Of a DNA stretch of 54,912 nucleotides, positions 38,703 through 48,675 are shown piece after piece. This DNA is from Alphaproteobacteria bacterium (GTDB lineage: Bacteria; Pseudomonadota; Alphaproteobacteria; UBA2136; JAPPOO01). The stretch lies in the NCBI GenBank assembly GCA_028817875.1, contig JAPPOO010000072.1, positions 1-54,912 on the forward strand, written 5' to 3'. The translations under genes and the position numbers were made by a program. How positions within the stretch are numbered: position 1 is the stretch's first letter; each line of letters starts with the position of its first letter. A model generated the notes under the pieces. It had not been told where the DNA came from, searched no databases, and saw only the letters and a program-made list of their open reading frames with translations.

Positions 38703-39281
38703 TTAAACCGCCTCAACCGACTGAACTGTTGGGCAGTAGTGCCGCAGCATACTCTCTACCCCTTGCTTTAGGGTAACGGTAGAGCTTGGGCAACCGGCGC
38801 ACGCGCCGTACATTTCAAGGTACACAACACCATCTTTAAAACCACGGTAAATAATATCGCCACCGTCCTGCGCAACAGCAGGGCGGACTTTTTCGTCCAG
38901 CAGTTGCTGAATTTCAGCCACCACCTTAGGGTCAACATCCGTATCCTCTATAAGTGGCGCATCAGCTGCCTTTTTCCCTGTAAGAACAGAATCGCCGGAC
39001 TCCAAAAAATTTTCCAACGCAGGCGCTATGCCTTCATTCAATTCTTCCCACGTACGCCCTTCTTCCCGCGTAATCGTAAAAAAATCACTTCCAATAAACA
39101 CACCTGCCACACCAGAAATGGCAAACATACGCTGCGCCAAAGGGGAGCGCCCTTCTGCAGTTTCAGCTGTTGGAAAGTTTGCCGAACCACCGGGAATAAG
39201 AAGTTTCCCCAAATGATACTTCAATGAGTTGGGGTTTGGCGTCTTTTCCGTCCGTACGGTTAAAATATTATCATCAGTCAT
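38703..39281 (-). CDS. NifU/Nfu-type Fe-S cluster carrier
   Basis: An Nfu N-terminal domain (TPNPNSLKY) and a C-terminal CxxC motif (GACAGCPSS). Confidence 0.85.
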   Translation of the reverse strand: MTDDNILTVRTEKTPNPNSLKYHLGKLLIPGGSANFPTAETAEGRSPLAQRMFAISGVAGVFIGSDFFTITREEGRTWEELNEGIAPALENFLESGDSVLTGKKAADAPLIEDTDVDPKVVAEIQQLLDEKVRPAVAQDGGDIIYRGFKDGVVYLEMYGACAGCPSSTVTLKQGVESMLRHYCPTVQSVEAV

Positions 39282-39312
39282 GGGCTATAACCTAGCAGAG
39301 TATGGGGATACT

Positions 39313-41907
39313 TCAAGCACCATTTTTAGCACGTTGCCGCCGTCGGTAGAAAAATAGCAGTGCGTAAATCCAAATCAATACAGGCATAACCGCCATGTTT
39401 AAAACAGCCAGCGTACGCTCCAGCGCATCAATATCTTTTCGTAACGTTCGGCGCACCTGCCGTAGGCGTTTTTTGACATCCAATTCACGTTTTTGAAACG
39501 CTTTTATCTCTTTTTGAATCGCCCCTTCTATCACCTGCCGCTTCTCAGCACGCTCATGCAACTCACGTAAACGGTTGGCAACATGGAAAAGTTCCGCCAC
39601 CAACTCCTGCTCTACCTTTTGATATTTATGCGAAACAACCTGCATCATTTCTTCTACCTTCACAAAAGGCCTGCGTTCTTGCGCCTTCCCACGGATTGGC
39701 AACAACACCCGGTCACCTAACAAGTATTGAATTGCATTATAGAAAAATACCAAATTATCGTTCGCTGGCTGCTGAACCACTTCCCCAGCTACACGTTCAG
39801 TAATCATTGCGTAATCATCAGCAACAAAATCCAAATCACCCAACACAACCAACGCCCCATCCTTTGCACCTTGCATCTTATGTTCGGGGTACACAATCTG
39901 GTCGGGGTTTTCAGCGTAATCCTCATAGTAAAGTTTTGCCGCAGAAGACATTTCAGGAAACGCACTGTTAAACTTGCCCGATAACATAAACGCCAAATCC
40001 CGACGCTTTTTCTCGCCTCCCAGCTTACCTGCCACAAGGTGAGGCTCATTATTCGTAAACAACGTGCGAGACACCGTTTGCGCGGAAGAAGAACTCGTCA
40101 AAATTGGCTCATAATGCAACCCACGAGCAATTTCCGTTACCGTAAAAAAGCCTGATTCCGCCAGTAGCATTCGGTCTACATTCGCTGTAAATGGCATATC
40201 ATGGTTAATTTCATTCGGCTCCAACGCCAGCCACAAAGGATATTGCGTCATCCCAATCCCCGGTAATTGCACAGGCATAGCCGCAGCCACATCTCCTACA
40301 ACTTGGCTGTGGTCATACTCAACACCCCAGTGACGCAGCAAATCAGCAGGGTGGTCGAATCCCCACGCATCAGCATTACGGTCAGGTGCCTGAAACTCCG
40401 TACTTGGCGCTGTTCTTAAATATGGGTCAAGTACCAGCAAAACCTTTCCACCACTCACCAAATATTGGTCTAACGCATACAAATTCTCTTGGTCAAAAAA
40501 CGGTGTCATAAAAACGATAATTAAATCAATATCATCACTAAATTCTGGCTCACCAGGTTTAAGAATGGTCAAATCGTACGCATCCAACAAATCCTGCACA
40601 AACCGAGGTCGCGTCTCCTCTCGCCCAAGGTTCAATTCTGTTAGAATACCTACCTTTTGCGTGCGTGTTTTCATCACATCAGACAACGCACTCATAATAT
40701 CAAACTCTAAAAAGCCTTGCCGTCCGGGTGTCATCACCGGCAAACGGCTCCCTCTATCAGACGTGTTTACTGCCAAACCAAAGTAGTACCCTTCCCCACT
40801 CGGCAAAGCAATTTCCTGCATACCATGTTCCTGTGCTTGAGACTCCACCCGCGTGGAGACCTCCGGCACCAAAAACTCCACCTGAAACTGCGCGGGGTTG
40901 AAACGCCGCATATCCCGCAGTTTATCCTGCACACGGCGGGCAAACTGCTGAACAGGCACAGGCACTTCATTATTATCAGCCGAGAAGTAAAATTTTACAT
41001 TAACATCTTGGTCTAACTCTTTTATAAATTTAATAGTTTGAGGGTCTAACGTATGCACCTGAGACGGCGTAGCATCCCATCGCCAAAGTAGAGATTCAGC
41101 CAATACATTAACAGCAATAACCACAACGATGGCAGTCGTCACCAATATACTTCCTATTTTAAAGGAACGCCGAAAAATCAAAAACACATGCGTTAGCAAT
41201 AAAAATCCAAAGGTTAGGCTAACAAAAAATAAAATATCCCGTACATCCAACACACCTTCGTTAAAGTTACGGAAACGATCCAACACACTGAATTGAATCA
41301 ACGCATCAATAAAAACAGGGGGTAAAAAGCCTTCTAATAAGCGCGTTAGCACACCCCACCCGCTGGCAACAAGTATAAAAAGAAACAACAAACCCAGCAC
41401 AAAACCACCTGCTTGAGAGCGACTCAATTGGCTGGCGGCCAAAGCTACAGCCAACATGGCACTGCCTACACATAAACAGCCAATGTACCCCGTAATAATT
41501 GGCCCCCACGCAGGCTCACCCAGCCAAAAAACAGTAACAACCATGGGGAATGTCCCCAGCAACGCAAAAACAAACACAGTCTGCAACGCTTTAAATTTTG
41601 CTAATGTGAATAAAATAGGGTGCACAGGCAGCGTCAACAAACGCTCTGCTGTCCCGCGCCGCCATTCTTCAGACCATATTCCCATAGCCAAAGCAGGCAT
41701 TAAAAAAAGATATATCCAAGGCTGAAAGGCAAAAAACGCGTTTAAATCAGCTTCACCACGGCTGAAAAAGCCACCAAGGTAAAATGTACATAACGCCATG
41801 GCCATCCAAGCAAAGGTAAGGAAAATATACGTATTCGCCTGCGTATGCAGCTGCTGCAATTCATGGGCGTAAACAGCGAAATAACGGCGAATCATCTGCA
41901 TCATCAA
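39313..41907 (-). CDS. Fused ABC-2 permease (GldF-like) + GldG-like auxiliary domain with C-terminal coiled coil and TM anchor (864 aa)
   Basis: The first ~260 aa or so are polytopic. A large soluble region follows, then a K/R/E-rich helix and a final TM helix. The start overlaps the upstream stop as ATGA. Confidence 0.75.
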   Translation of the reverse strand: MMMQMIRRYFAVYAHELQQLHTQANTYIFLTFAWMAMALCTFYLGGFFSRGEADLNAFFAFQPWIYLFLMPALAMGIWSEEWRRGTAERLLTLPVHPILFTLAKFKALQTVFVFALLGTFPMVVTVFWLGEPAWGPIITGYIGCLCVGSAMLAVALAASQLSRSQAGGFVLGLLFLFILVASGWGVLTRLLEGFLPPVFIDALIQFSVLDRFRNFNEGVLDVRDILFFVSLTFGFLLLTHVFLIFRRSFKIGSILVTTAIVVVIAVNVLAESLLWRWDATPSQVHTLDPQTIKFIKELDQDVNVKFYFSADNNEVPVPVQQFARRVQDKLRDMRRFNPAQFQVEFLVPEVSTRVESQAQEHGMQEIALPSGEGYYFGLAVNTSDRGSRLPVMTPGRQGFLEFDIMSALSDVMKTRTQKVGILTELNLGREETRPRFVQDLLDAYDLTILKPGEPEFSDDIDLIIVFMTPFFDQENLYALDQYLVSGGKVLLVLDPYLRTAPSTEFQAPDRNADAWGFDHPADLLRHWGVEYDHSQVVGDVAAAMPVQLPGIGMTQYPLWLALEPNEINHDMPFTANVDRMLLAESGFFTVTEIARGLHYEPILTSSSSAQTVSRTLFTNNEPHLVAGKLGGEKKRRDLAFMLSGKFNSAFPEMSSAAKLYYEDYAENPDQIVYPEHKMQGAKDGALVVLGDLDFVADDYAMITERVAGEVVQQPANDNLVFFYNAIQYLLGDRVLLPIRGKAQERRPFVKVEEMMQVVSHKYQKVEQELVAELFHVANRLRELHERAEKRQVIEGAIQKEIKAFQKRELDVKKRLRQVRRTLRKDIDALERTLAVLNMAVMPVLIWIYALLFFYRRRQRAKNGA

Positions 41908-42653
41908 AACTTACTTAACCAATTATATGTGTGTTCTGCCAAAATGGGAGCCGTATTATTAGCGGAAAATGTATGGTTAGCTCCTTCTACGGCAGTAAAC
42001 TCTTTTTCAGAACTCCCTAAGTCCGCGTACAAGCTCTCGGCTCTGCCATCGCTCTCGCCTTTACTACCCGCTAAAACCACTTGCACAGGTGTAGAAAATC
42101 TTTCTGCCCATGCTTGTGTTTTCTCTCGCGTTAAAGCCCGCCCTTCTTCAAGCATTGCTTTTCCAACAAGAACATCAGAATCCCACCGTAAAAAAGGTTG
42201 GCCATTTTCAACAACAACATCTGTAAACCAAAAGTTATTAGGTTCCTCGTAACCGTAAGAAGCATCCCACAAACTCACGGCTTTTATATTTTCTATGTTT
42301 GCTAAAACAGTTGTTAAACCGCCGTAACTATGCCCAGCCACATAAATATTTTGGTACTGACCAGCAAAATTCTGAACAACTGTTCCTAAATCTTGTGCAT
42401 GTGTTTCCAACGTACAGTCCTTCATAAGTCTGGCATCCTGTTCACAACCGCAATAAAAGGCAAAACGCACAACATCCCAACCTTTTTCAATAAAATAGTT
42501 ACGCGTAATGACAAACTGTTGTTCTTCAACACACCCTTTAACACCATGAGCAATAACCAGTAGCTTCTCAGCAGGGGCATCCCCAGCTTGGTTTAAAACT
42601 GCATAAATCTTCTTATCATCGGATGTAGGAATGTATAACACGGTGTCCTTCAT
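41904..42653 (-). CDS. Alpha/beta hydrolase (249 aa)
   Basis: Nucleophile elbow GHSYGG. Oxyanion region IAHGVKG. C-terminal His in GANHTF. Confidence 0.75.
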   Translation of the reverse strand: MKDTVLYIPTSDDKKIYAVLNQAGDAPAEKLLVIAHGVKGCVEEQQFVITRNYFIEKGWDVVRFAFYCGCEQDARLMKDCTLETHAQDLGTVVQNFAGQYQNIYVAGHSYGGLTTVLANIENIKAVSLWDASYGYEEPNNFWFTDVVVENGQPFLRWDSDVLVGKAMLEEGRALTREKTQAWAERFSTPVQVVLAGSKGESDGRAESLYADLGSSEKEFTAVEGANHTFSANNTAPILAEHTYNWLSKF

Positions 42654-42656
42654 GTT

Positions 42657-43430
42657 TTAATCTCCTTTCCCGTAGTGCTTATTTGTCGTTAAAATGCGGA
42701 ATGCCACCTGAATGTCGCCGTTCCCTTGGCGTTTCAGCTCTTCCGGCGTTGTATCCGCCACAATTCTACCATGGTTAATAATCACAACACGGTTACAAAT
42801 AGCCTCTGCCTCCTCCAAAATGTGTGTAGAGACAATAACAGCCTTGTGTTTTGCCAACTCTTTAAGAACCAAACGCATCTCGTGCTTTTGGTTTGGGTCA
42901 AGCCCGTCTGTCGGCTCATCTAAAATCAATACAGACGGGTCATGCAGAATAGCCCCTGCAAAAAATACCCGTTGCCGCTGCCCCTTAGAAAGCGTCTCCA
43001 TCGGCCGATGAAGCACACGGTTACAACGGGTCATATCCGTTGCTACACGTAGGCTTTCCGCAATATCACTCACCCCGTAAGACCGTGCCAAAAAGGTAAG
43101 GTATTCCTTTACAGTCAAATGCCCAAAAGTCCCTCCCTGCTCAGGTAAATACCCAAAGGAAGCCTGCGCTTTGCGCAAATTTTTCGTAATATCGTGATGA
43201 TTTACCTCAATATATCCCTTATCTGCCGCTAAAAAACCGGTTAATAAGCGCATAGTGGTAGATTTTCCCGCTCCGTTAGGCCCCATAAAGCCAACCAAGT
43301 CACCTCGGTTAACGGTCATGTTCAGCCCTTTAACGGCTTCTATGCCGTTGAAACTCTTAAACAACCCTTCAACTTTCACCAAAGGGGCACCAGCTTTTTT
43401 CTCTACGGATTCCGAAATATTTTCCACCAT
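42657..43430 (-). CDS. ABC transporter ATP-binding protein (ABC-2/GldA-like)
   Basis: Walker A GPNGAGKST, signature LSKGQRQR, Walker B LILDEPT. Confidence 0.9.
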   Translation of the reverse strand: MVENISESVEKKAGAPLVKVEGLFKSFNGIEAVKGLNMTVNRGDLVGFMGPNGAGKSTTMRLLTGFLAADKGYIEVNHHDITKNLRKAQASFGYLPEQGGTFGHLTVKEYLTFLARSYGVSDIAESLRVATDMTRCNRVLHRPMETLSKGQRQRVFFAGAILHDPSVLILDEPTDGLDPNQKHEMRLVLKELAKHKAVIVSTHILEEAEAICNRVVIINHGRIVADTTPEELKRQGNGDIQVAFRILTTNKHYGKGD

Positions 43431-43583
43431 TTAGGCAGCCATTATATACATGGTTCAGCCTAAAACAAGCGATACCAATAAAATGCAACCATTAATTGTT
43501 TTTAAATGTTTTTTTTCTTGTCAGGTTTATCTAGCACTCTCTAAAATAAGGAAAAGAACAAAAATGGTATTGATATAACAGGT

Positions 43584-44144
43584 ATGTTAGAAGACATTAT
43601 CGCTACTTTAACAGCTGAAGAAGCAGCAGCATTGGATGAGCACATTACCTCTCATGACTATCCGCGCGGTGCCATTATACTAGAGCAGTTTTCTATTCCC
43701 ACAGGCATTCACATTGTTACAGAAGGCAAAGTTCGCCTATTTGAGCTTACAGTGCTTGCTAAAAACCTTTGCGCCCTCCAACTAGCTGACCTCTCGGCAC
43801 CGGAACCCATTTTGCTAGGCGAAACAAGTATTCTTATGGGACAGCTATGCAGCTGTACCGTTGTTGCCGCCACAGATGTAAAAAGCATTACCATCCCGTT
43901 AGATGCTTACAATGAGCTTAAAACAAGTGACCCTAATGTTGCTCTTAAAATTATGGACTACATGGCAAAAGTACTCGCCTTCCGCTACCTTAACATGCAG
44001 GAAAAATTTGAAAGTCGCATCGTCGGCAGTGCAACTAACCCCCACACAGCCTTAGCCTTACTCAAAAAATACGTAGGCAATGTACGTGTTTGCACCCCTA
44101 ACATGGCAAAAAAACTCTTCAATATTGATAACCCGATAGTTTAA
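43584..44144 (+). CDS. cNMP-binding-domain protein, paralog 1 (186 aa), degenerate phosphate-binding cassette
   Basis: A Crp-like beta-roll with GET...LCSCTVVAA where GE...RSA is expected. It shares a C-terminal motif with paralog 2. Confidence 0.65.
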   Translation: MLEDIIATLTAEEAAALDEHITSHDYPRGAIILEQFSIPTGIHIVTEGKVRLFELTVLAKNLCALQLADLSAPEPILLGETSILMGQLCSCTVVAATDVKSITIPLDAYNELKTSDPNVALKIMDYMAKVLAFRYLNMQEKFESRIVGSATNPHTALALLKKYVGNVRVCTPNMAKKLFNIDNPIV

Positions 44145-44181
44145 TCTGGGCGTAGTCCTATCTCTTTGCTAAACTCCCCTC

Positions 44182-44748
44182 ATGCTAGACAAAATCATTA
44201 GTTCCCTCTCCCCTGAAGAAAGCAAAACAATTGAGCAAATCGCTCACGCTAAACTGGCACCACGCGGTCAAGTTCTTATGGAAGAAGGAGATGTCGCGCG
44301 GGATTTATTTTTTCTTATTGATGGAGAGGTAACCATCTACCAATCGGCTGTATTGGCAAAATACCCTTGCGCGTTAGAGCTTGCTCACCTGAAAGCACCG
44401 CTTCTTTTAGGTGAAGCCAACCTTTTCCGCGCAACGGAGCGTTCCGCCAGCATTCTAGTAACAGCGGACACCCATTACCTTCACCTCCCCTACGAAAGCT
44501 TAGAAAAGCTTAAAAGTGACCATCCAAAAATTTACAATAAGCTACTAGAGTACGCAGGTGCCGTTGTTTCCCAACGTATGGTAGACCTTCAACAAAACAT
44601 GCAACGCCGCCTAATTGTTGAAGCAACAGACCTCCGCCATGCACTTCTTAACCTAAAACGCTACTTTGGCGGCGCCACCCCCTGCTCGCCCGAACTTGCG
44701 CAAAAACTCTTCAGCATCAAACAACCAGACATCAAAAAAGAAAATTAG
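44182..44748 (+). CDS. cNMP-binding-domain protein, paralog 2 (188 aa)
   Basis: The phosphate-binding cassette is intact (GEANLFRATERSASILV). There is no HTH. The C-terminal motif is LKRYFGG..PCSPELAQKLFSI. Confidence 0.7.
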   Translation: MLDKIISSLSPEESKTIEQIAHAKLAPRGQVLMEEGDVARDLFFLIDGEVTIYQSAVLAKYPCALELAHLKAPLLLGEANLFRATERSASILVTADTHYLHLPYESLEKLKSDHPKIYNKLLEYAGAVVSQRMVDLQQNMQRRLIVEATDLRHALLNLKRYFGGATPCSPELAQKLFSIKQPDIKKEN

Positions 44749-44771
44749 CACTCCATTCAACCCTCTGCTAA
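44745..44771. promoter_or_regulatory. Degenerate CIRCE-like inverted repeat upstream of groES
   Basis: TTAGCACTC-N9-CTCTGCTAA compared with the consensus TTAGCACTC-N9-GAGTGCTAA. The left arm matches 9/9 and the right arm 6/9. It overlaps the upstream stop codon. Confidence 0.4.
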
Positions 44772-44778
44772 AAATGTC

Positions 44779-44806
44779 TTGCATCTATCTTTAAAGCGCG
44801 TAATAT
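44779..44806 (+). promoter_or_regulatory. Candidate groES promoter TTGCAT-16-TAATAT
   Basis: Hexamers with sigma70-like spacing about 80 nt upstream of the groES ATG. Confidence 0.3.
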
Positions 44807-44884
44807 AGCCACCATTCACTAAAGCATGAAATACCGCTTTAGCTGATTCTAACTATTTGTAACAAAAAGGAGAGTATTGTCACC

Positions 44885-45193
44885 ATGAGTAAATGGAGCG
44901 ACAAAATCCGCCCACTGCACGACCGTGTAGTTGTTAAGCGGCTAGAAGCTGAAGAGCGTACTAAAGGCGGAATTATCATCCCAGAAACAGCGAAAGAAAA
45001 GCCACAAGAAGGTGAAGTTGTTGCCGCAGGTAAAGGCGCAATCTTATCCGATGGCTCCGTCCGCACGATGGACGTTCAAGTTGGCGATAAAGTACTGTTC
45101 GGCAAGTGGGCTGCAACAGATGTAAAAATTGATGGCGAAGAACTATTGGTGATGAAGGAAGAAGACATCATCGCCGTTGTAAACGCTTCATAA
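44885..45193 (+). CDS. groES: Co-chaperonin GroES
   Basis: [12 protein letters not shown]...[13 protein letters not shown], with AAAGGAGAG upstream. Confidence 0.95.
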   Translation: MSKWSDKIRPLHDRVVVKRLEAEERTKGGIIIPETAKEKPQEGEVVAAGKGAILSDGSVRTMDVQVGDKVLFGKWAATDVKIDGEELLVMKEEDIIAVVNAS

Positions 45194-45211
45194 ATCTAAA
45201 TAGATAGCTAA

Positions 45212-46882
<1,671 letters not shown>

Positions 46883-46898
46883 GCCCTCCCCCAATGCA

Positions 46899-46926
46899 AA
46901 CGGCTCCCTCTGGGAGCCGTTTTTTA
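46899..46926 (+). terminator. Intrinsic terminator after groEL
   Basis: ACGGCTCCC-TCT-GGGAGCCGT followed by TTTTTATT. Confidence 0.8.
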
Positions 46927-46994
46927 TTGCATATTGCCTAAAAATGCTTGGCCTGCTAAATTCCGCAAAATTTTGTCATGAAAGGAGTTTTTCC

Positions 46995-47282
46995 ATGACA
47001 TCCACGTTTGCAAAAGAATGCGCCTGTAGGTTAGCAAATCAAGGCTTTATCCCAGCTGGCACAATCGTTTACCTACTCCCCCGCATTCAAGACGATCCAA
47101 GTGCCATACACTTTAAAGATATTCGTAGTAAAGGCAAACAAGCAACCGTCTTTCTAAAACAACCTGACTCATACGCAGACGCTGTCCCCTTCAGAGTCTC
47201 TTCAAAAGGACAATTCAGACTGAAAAACATACAAAAGAAGAGGAAGGCAAAAAGAAAGAAAAAGCGTCAAAAACTAAAATAA
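46995..47282 (+). CDS. Small protein with poly-basic C-terminal tail (95 aa), hypothetical
   Basis: AAAGGAG-N7-ATG. The protein ends in KKRKAKRKKKRQKLK. A 13-bp hairpin follows. Confidence 0.45.
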   Translation: MTSTFAKECACRLANQGFIPAGTIVYLLPRIQDDPSAIHFKDIRSKGKQATVFLKQPDSYADAVPFRVSSKGQFRLKNIQKKRKAKRKKKRQKLK

Positions 47283-47298
47283 CATCTTCCAACACAAC

Positions 47299-47330
47299 AA
47301 AGCCGGAGAATCTCTCAATTCTCCGGCTTT
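47299..47330. terminator. Bidirectional 13-bp hairpin between convergent genes
   Basis: AAAGCCGGAGAAT-CTCTCA-ATTCTCCGGCTTT. Confidence 0.65.
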
Positions 47331-47365
47331 GTTCGTCGTTAATCAGTATAGGCACAGGCAGCCCA

Positions 47366-48385
47366 TCAAACTATTATCTCAACAACTCCAGAATGCGTAC
47401 AATCATCTCTTGTACTCCACCCCTTTTGAACAGCACTCGTTGCTTTATGCTCACCCAAACGGTTAGGGTCAACCTTAACATCATAATGATGCTGATTCTG
47501 TATACTTTCCTCTATGTTCGGGAAAATGAAAGGTGGTTCAAAACCATCACTTGTCATGATGATTTTATGTTTCCCACGCCCTAAGAGAATCGGTTGCTGC
47601 AATAGCTGAGGTGGAATTGGGGTACCGTTAAGAACATCGTGAGCTAAAAGATTAAACAGCGTAACATAGTCCTTACTCTTTAAGAGATTTAAAACCTTTT
47701 CAGGCAACATTTTTGGAGAAATTTGGTTTAATATGCCAATAAACTCATCAGACCATTCTGGCAAAGGCTGGCCTTTACCAAAATACACATTTGAAAAGCC
47801 CGACTGCATCCGCAACAAATCAGAAATTACCTGCCTTCCAAAGTCGTCGTCTTTAGGCAAAAATGGCATATTCGCATTTTCTGTCAAATTTGTAACAGCG
47901 CAACGAATACCCACAGTCAGTCCATCATAACGCTTACCACTTGGATATAGCTCACCGTCAACCATAACACGGCAATCACCAAAACGATGAATCACACCCG
48001 TATCAAGCAAAATGACTGCACTTGCTGTTGGAGTATTAGCCAAGCAGCCGTTACCATAAACACCAGCTTCCCAGTTAGCTTCATATAACCTTGTAGCCAA
48101 AAAGGGTTCCAATGCTTGCATACGCCAGTTTGAAAGTTTCACAAATTGCTTCAAAGCTTCCTTAGTAGTCTCCATAGCAAACCTGCCAGCAGACCAACCG
48201 TTAGGAAACTCAACAGCTTTTGCACCATCTCCCATCGGCTTGACGGCAGCACCGTCAATAACCGCAAAAAGCACAAGCTTCCCACTTTCATAGACGGCAG
48301 CAAAACCATCCTCATTTTTCTCATAAGAGTAAGGCCCTCTTTTACTTTGAGTAAAAGGCTGATCCAAAAGTTCAATCGTTCCCAT
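47366..48385 (-). CDS. Divergent PP2C/PPM-like phosphatase-fold protein (339 aa), tentative
   Basis: PPM-like blocks appear in the expected order: EDGFAAV, LFAVIDGA, ASAVILLD, IIMTSDGF and C-terminal RDDCT. Confidence 0.55.
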   Translation of the reverse strand: MGTIELLDQPFTQSKRGPYSYEKNEDGFAAVYESGKLVLFAVIDGAAVKPMGDGAKAVEFPNGWSAGRFAMETTKEALKQFVKLSNWRMQALEPFLATRLYEANWEAGVYGNGCLANTPTASAVILLDTGVIHRFGDCRVMVDGELYPSGKRYDGLTVGIRCAVTNLTENANMPFLPKDDDFGRQVISDLLRMQSGFSNVYFGKGQPLPEWSDEFIGILNQISPKMLPEKVLNLLKSKDYVTLFNLLAHDVLNGTPIPPQLLQQPILLGRGKHKIIMTSDGFEPPFIFPNIEESIQNQHHYDVKVDPNRLGEHKATSAVQKGWSTRDDCTHSGVVEIIV

Positions 48386-48510
48386 AGGAACTCCCTCGTA
48401 TATGTATTAAATGTTAAAAGTTACGCTAGATACATCTTAGTAACAAAAATGCCACCAAGTTTCAGAGTTGCCACAGTATACAAACAATCAAAAAAATCAA
48501 GCCAACTCGC

Positions 48511-48640
48511 CATTTTTTGTGCAAAATTTACTCTTTTTTGACTTTTTTTAACCTGTTTTTACCCTCCCGCATCACAAATAAACCCTTGTTTTTCGCTATT
48601 TTGCCCGTTTTTACACAATTTTGACCTCAAAAAAACATTA
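48511..48640. repeat. Two blocks of helically phased T/A-tracts (predicted curved DNA) in a divergent promoter region
   Basis: T-tract starts at about 48513, 48523, 48534, 48543 and 48556, then 48589, 48599, 48608 and 48619, a period of about 10 bp. Positions 48511-48542 are the inverted counterpart of 9590-9620. Confidence 0.6.
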
Positions 48641-48675
48641 TTTACCCCCAAAATAAAATTCGTTACTCTCCGCCT

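Noticed and set aside
43531-43539. CTAGCACTC, an 8/9 match to a CIRCE half-site upstream of the first cNMP-binding gene
   Set aside because: No matching inverted arm is present at the N9 spacing.
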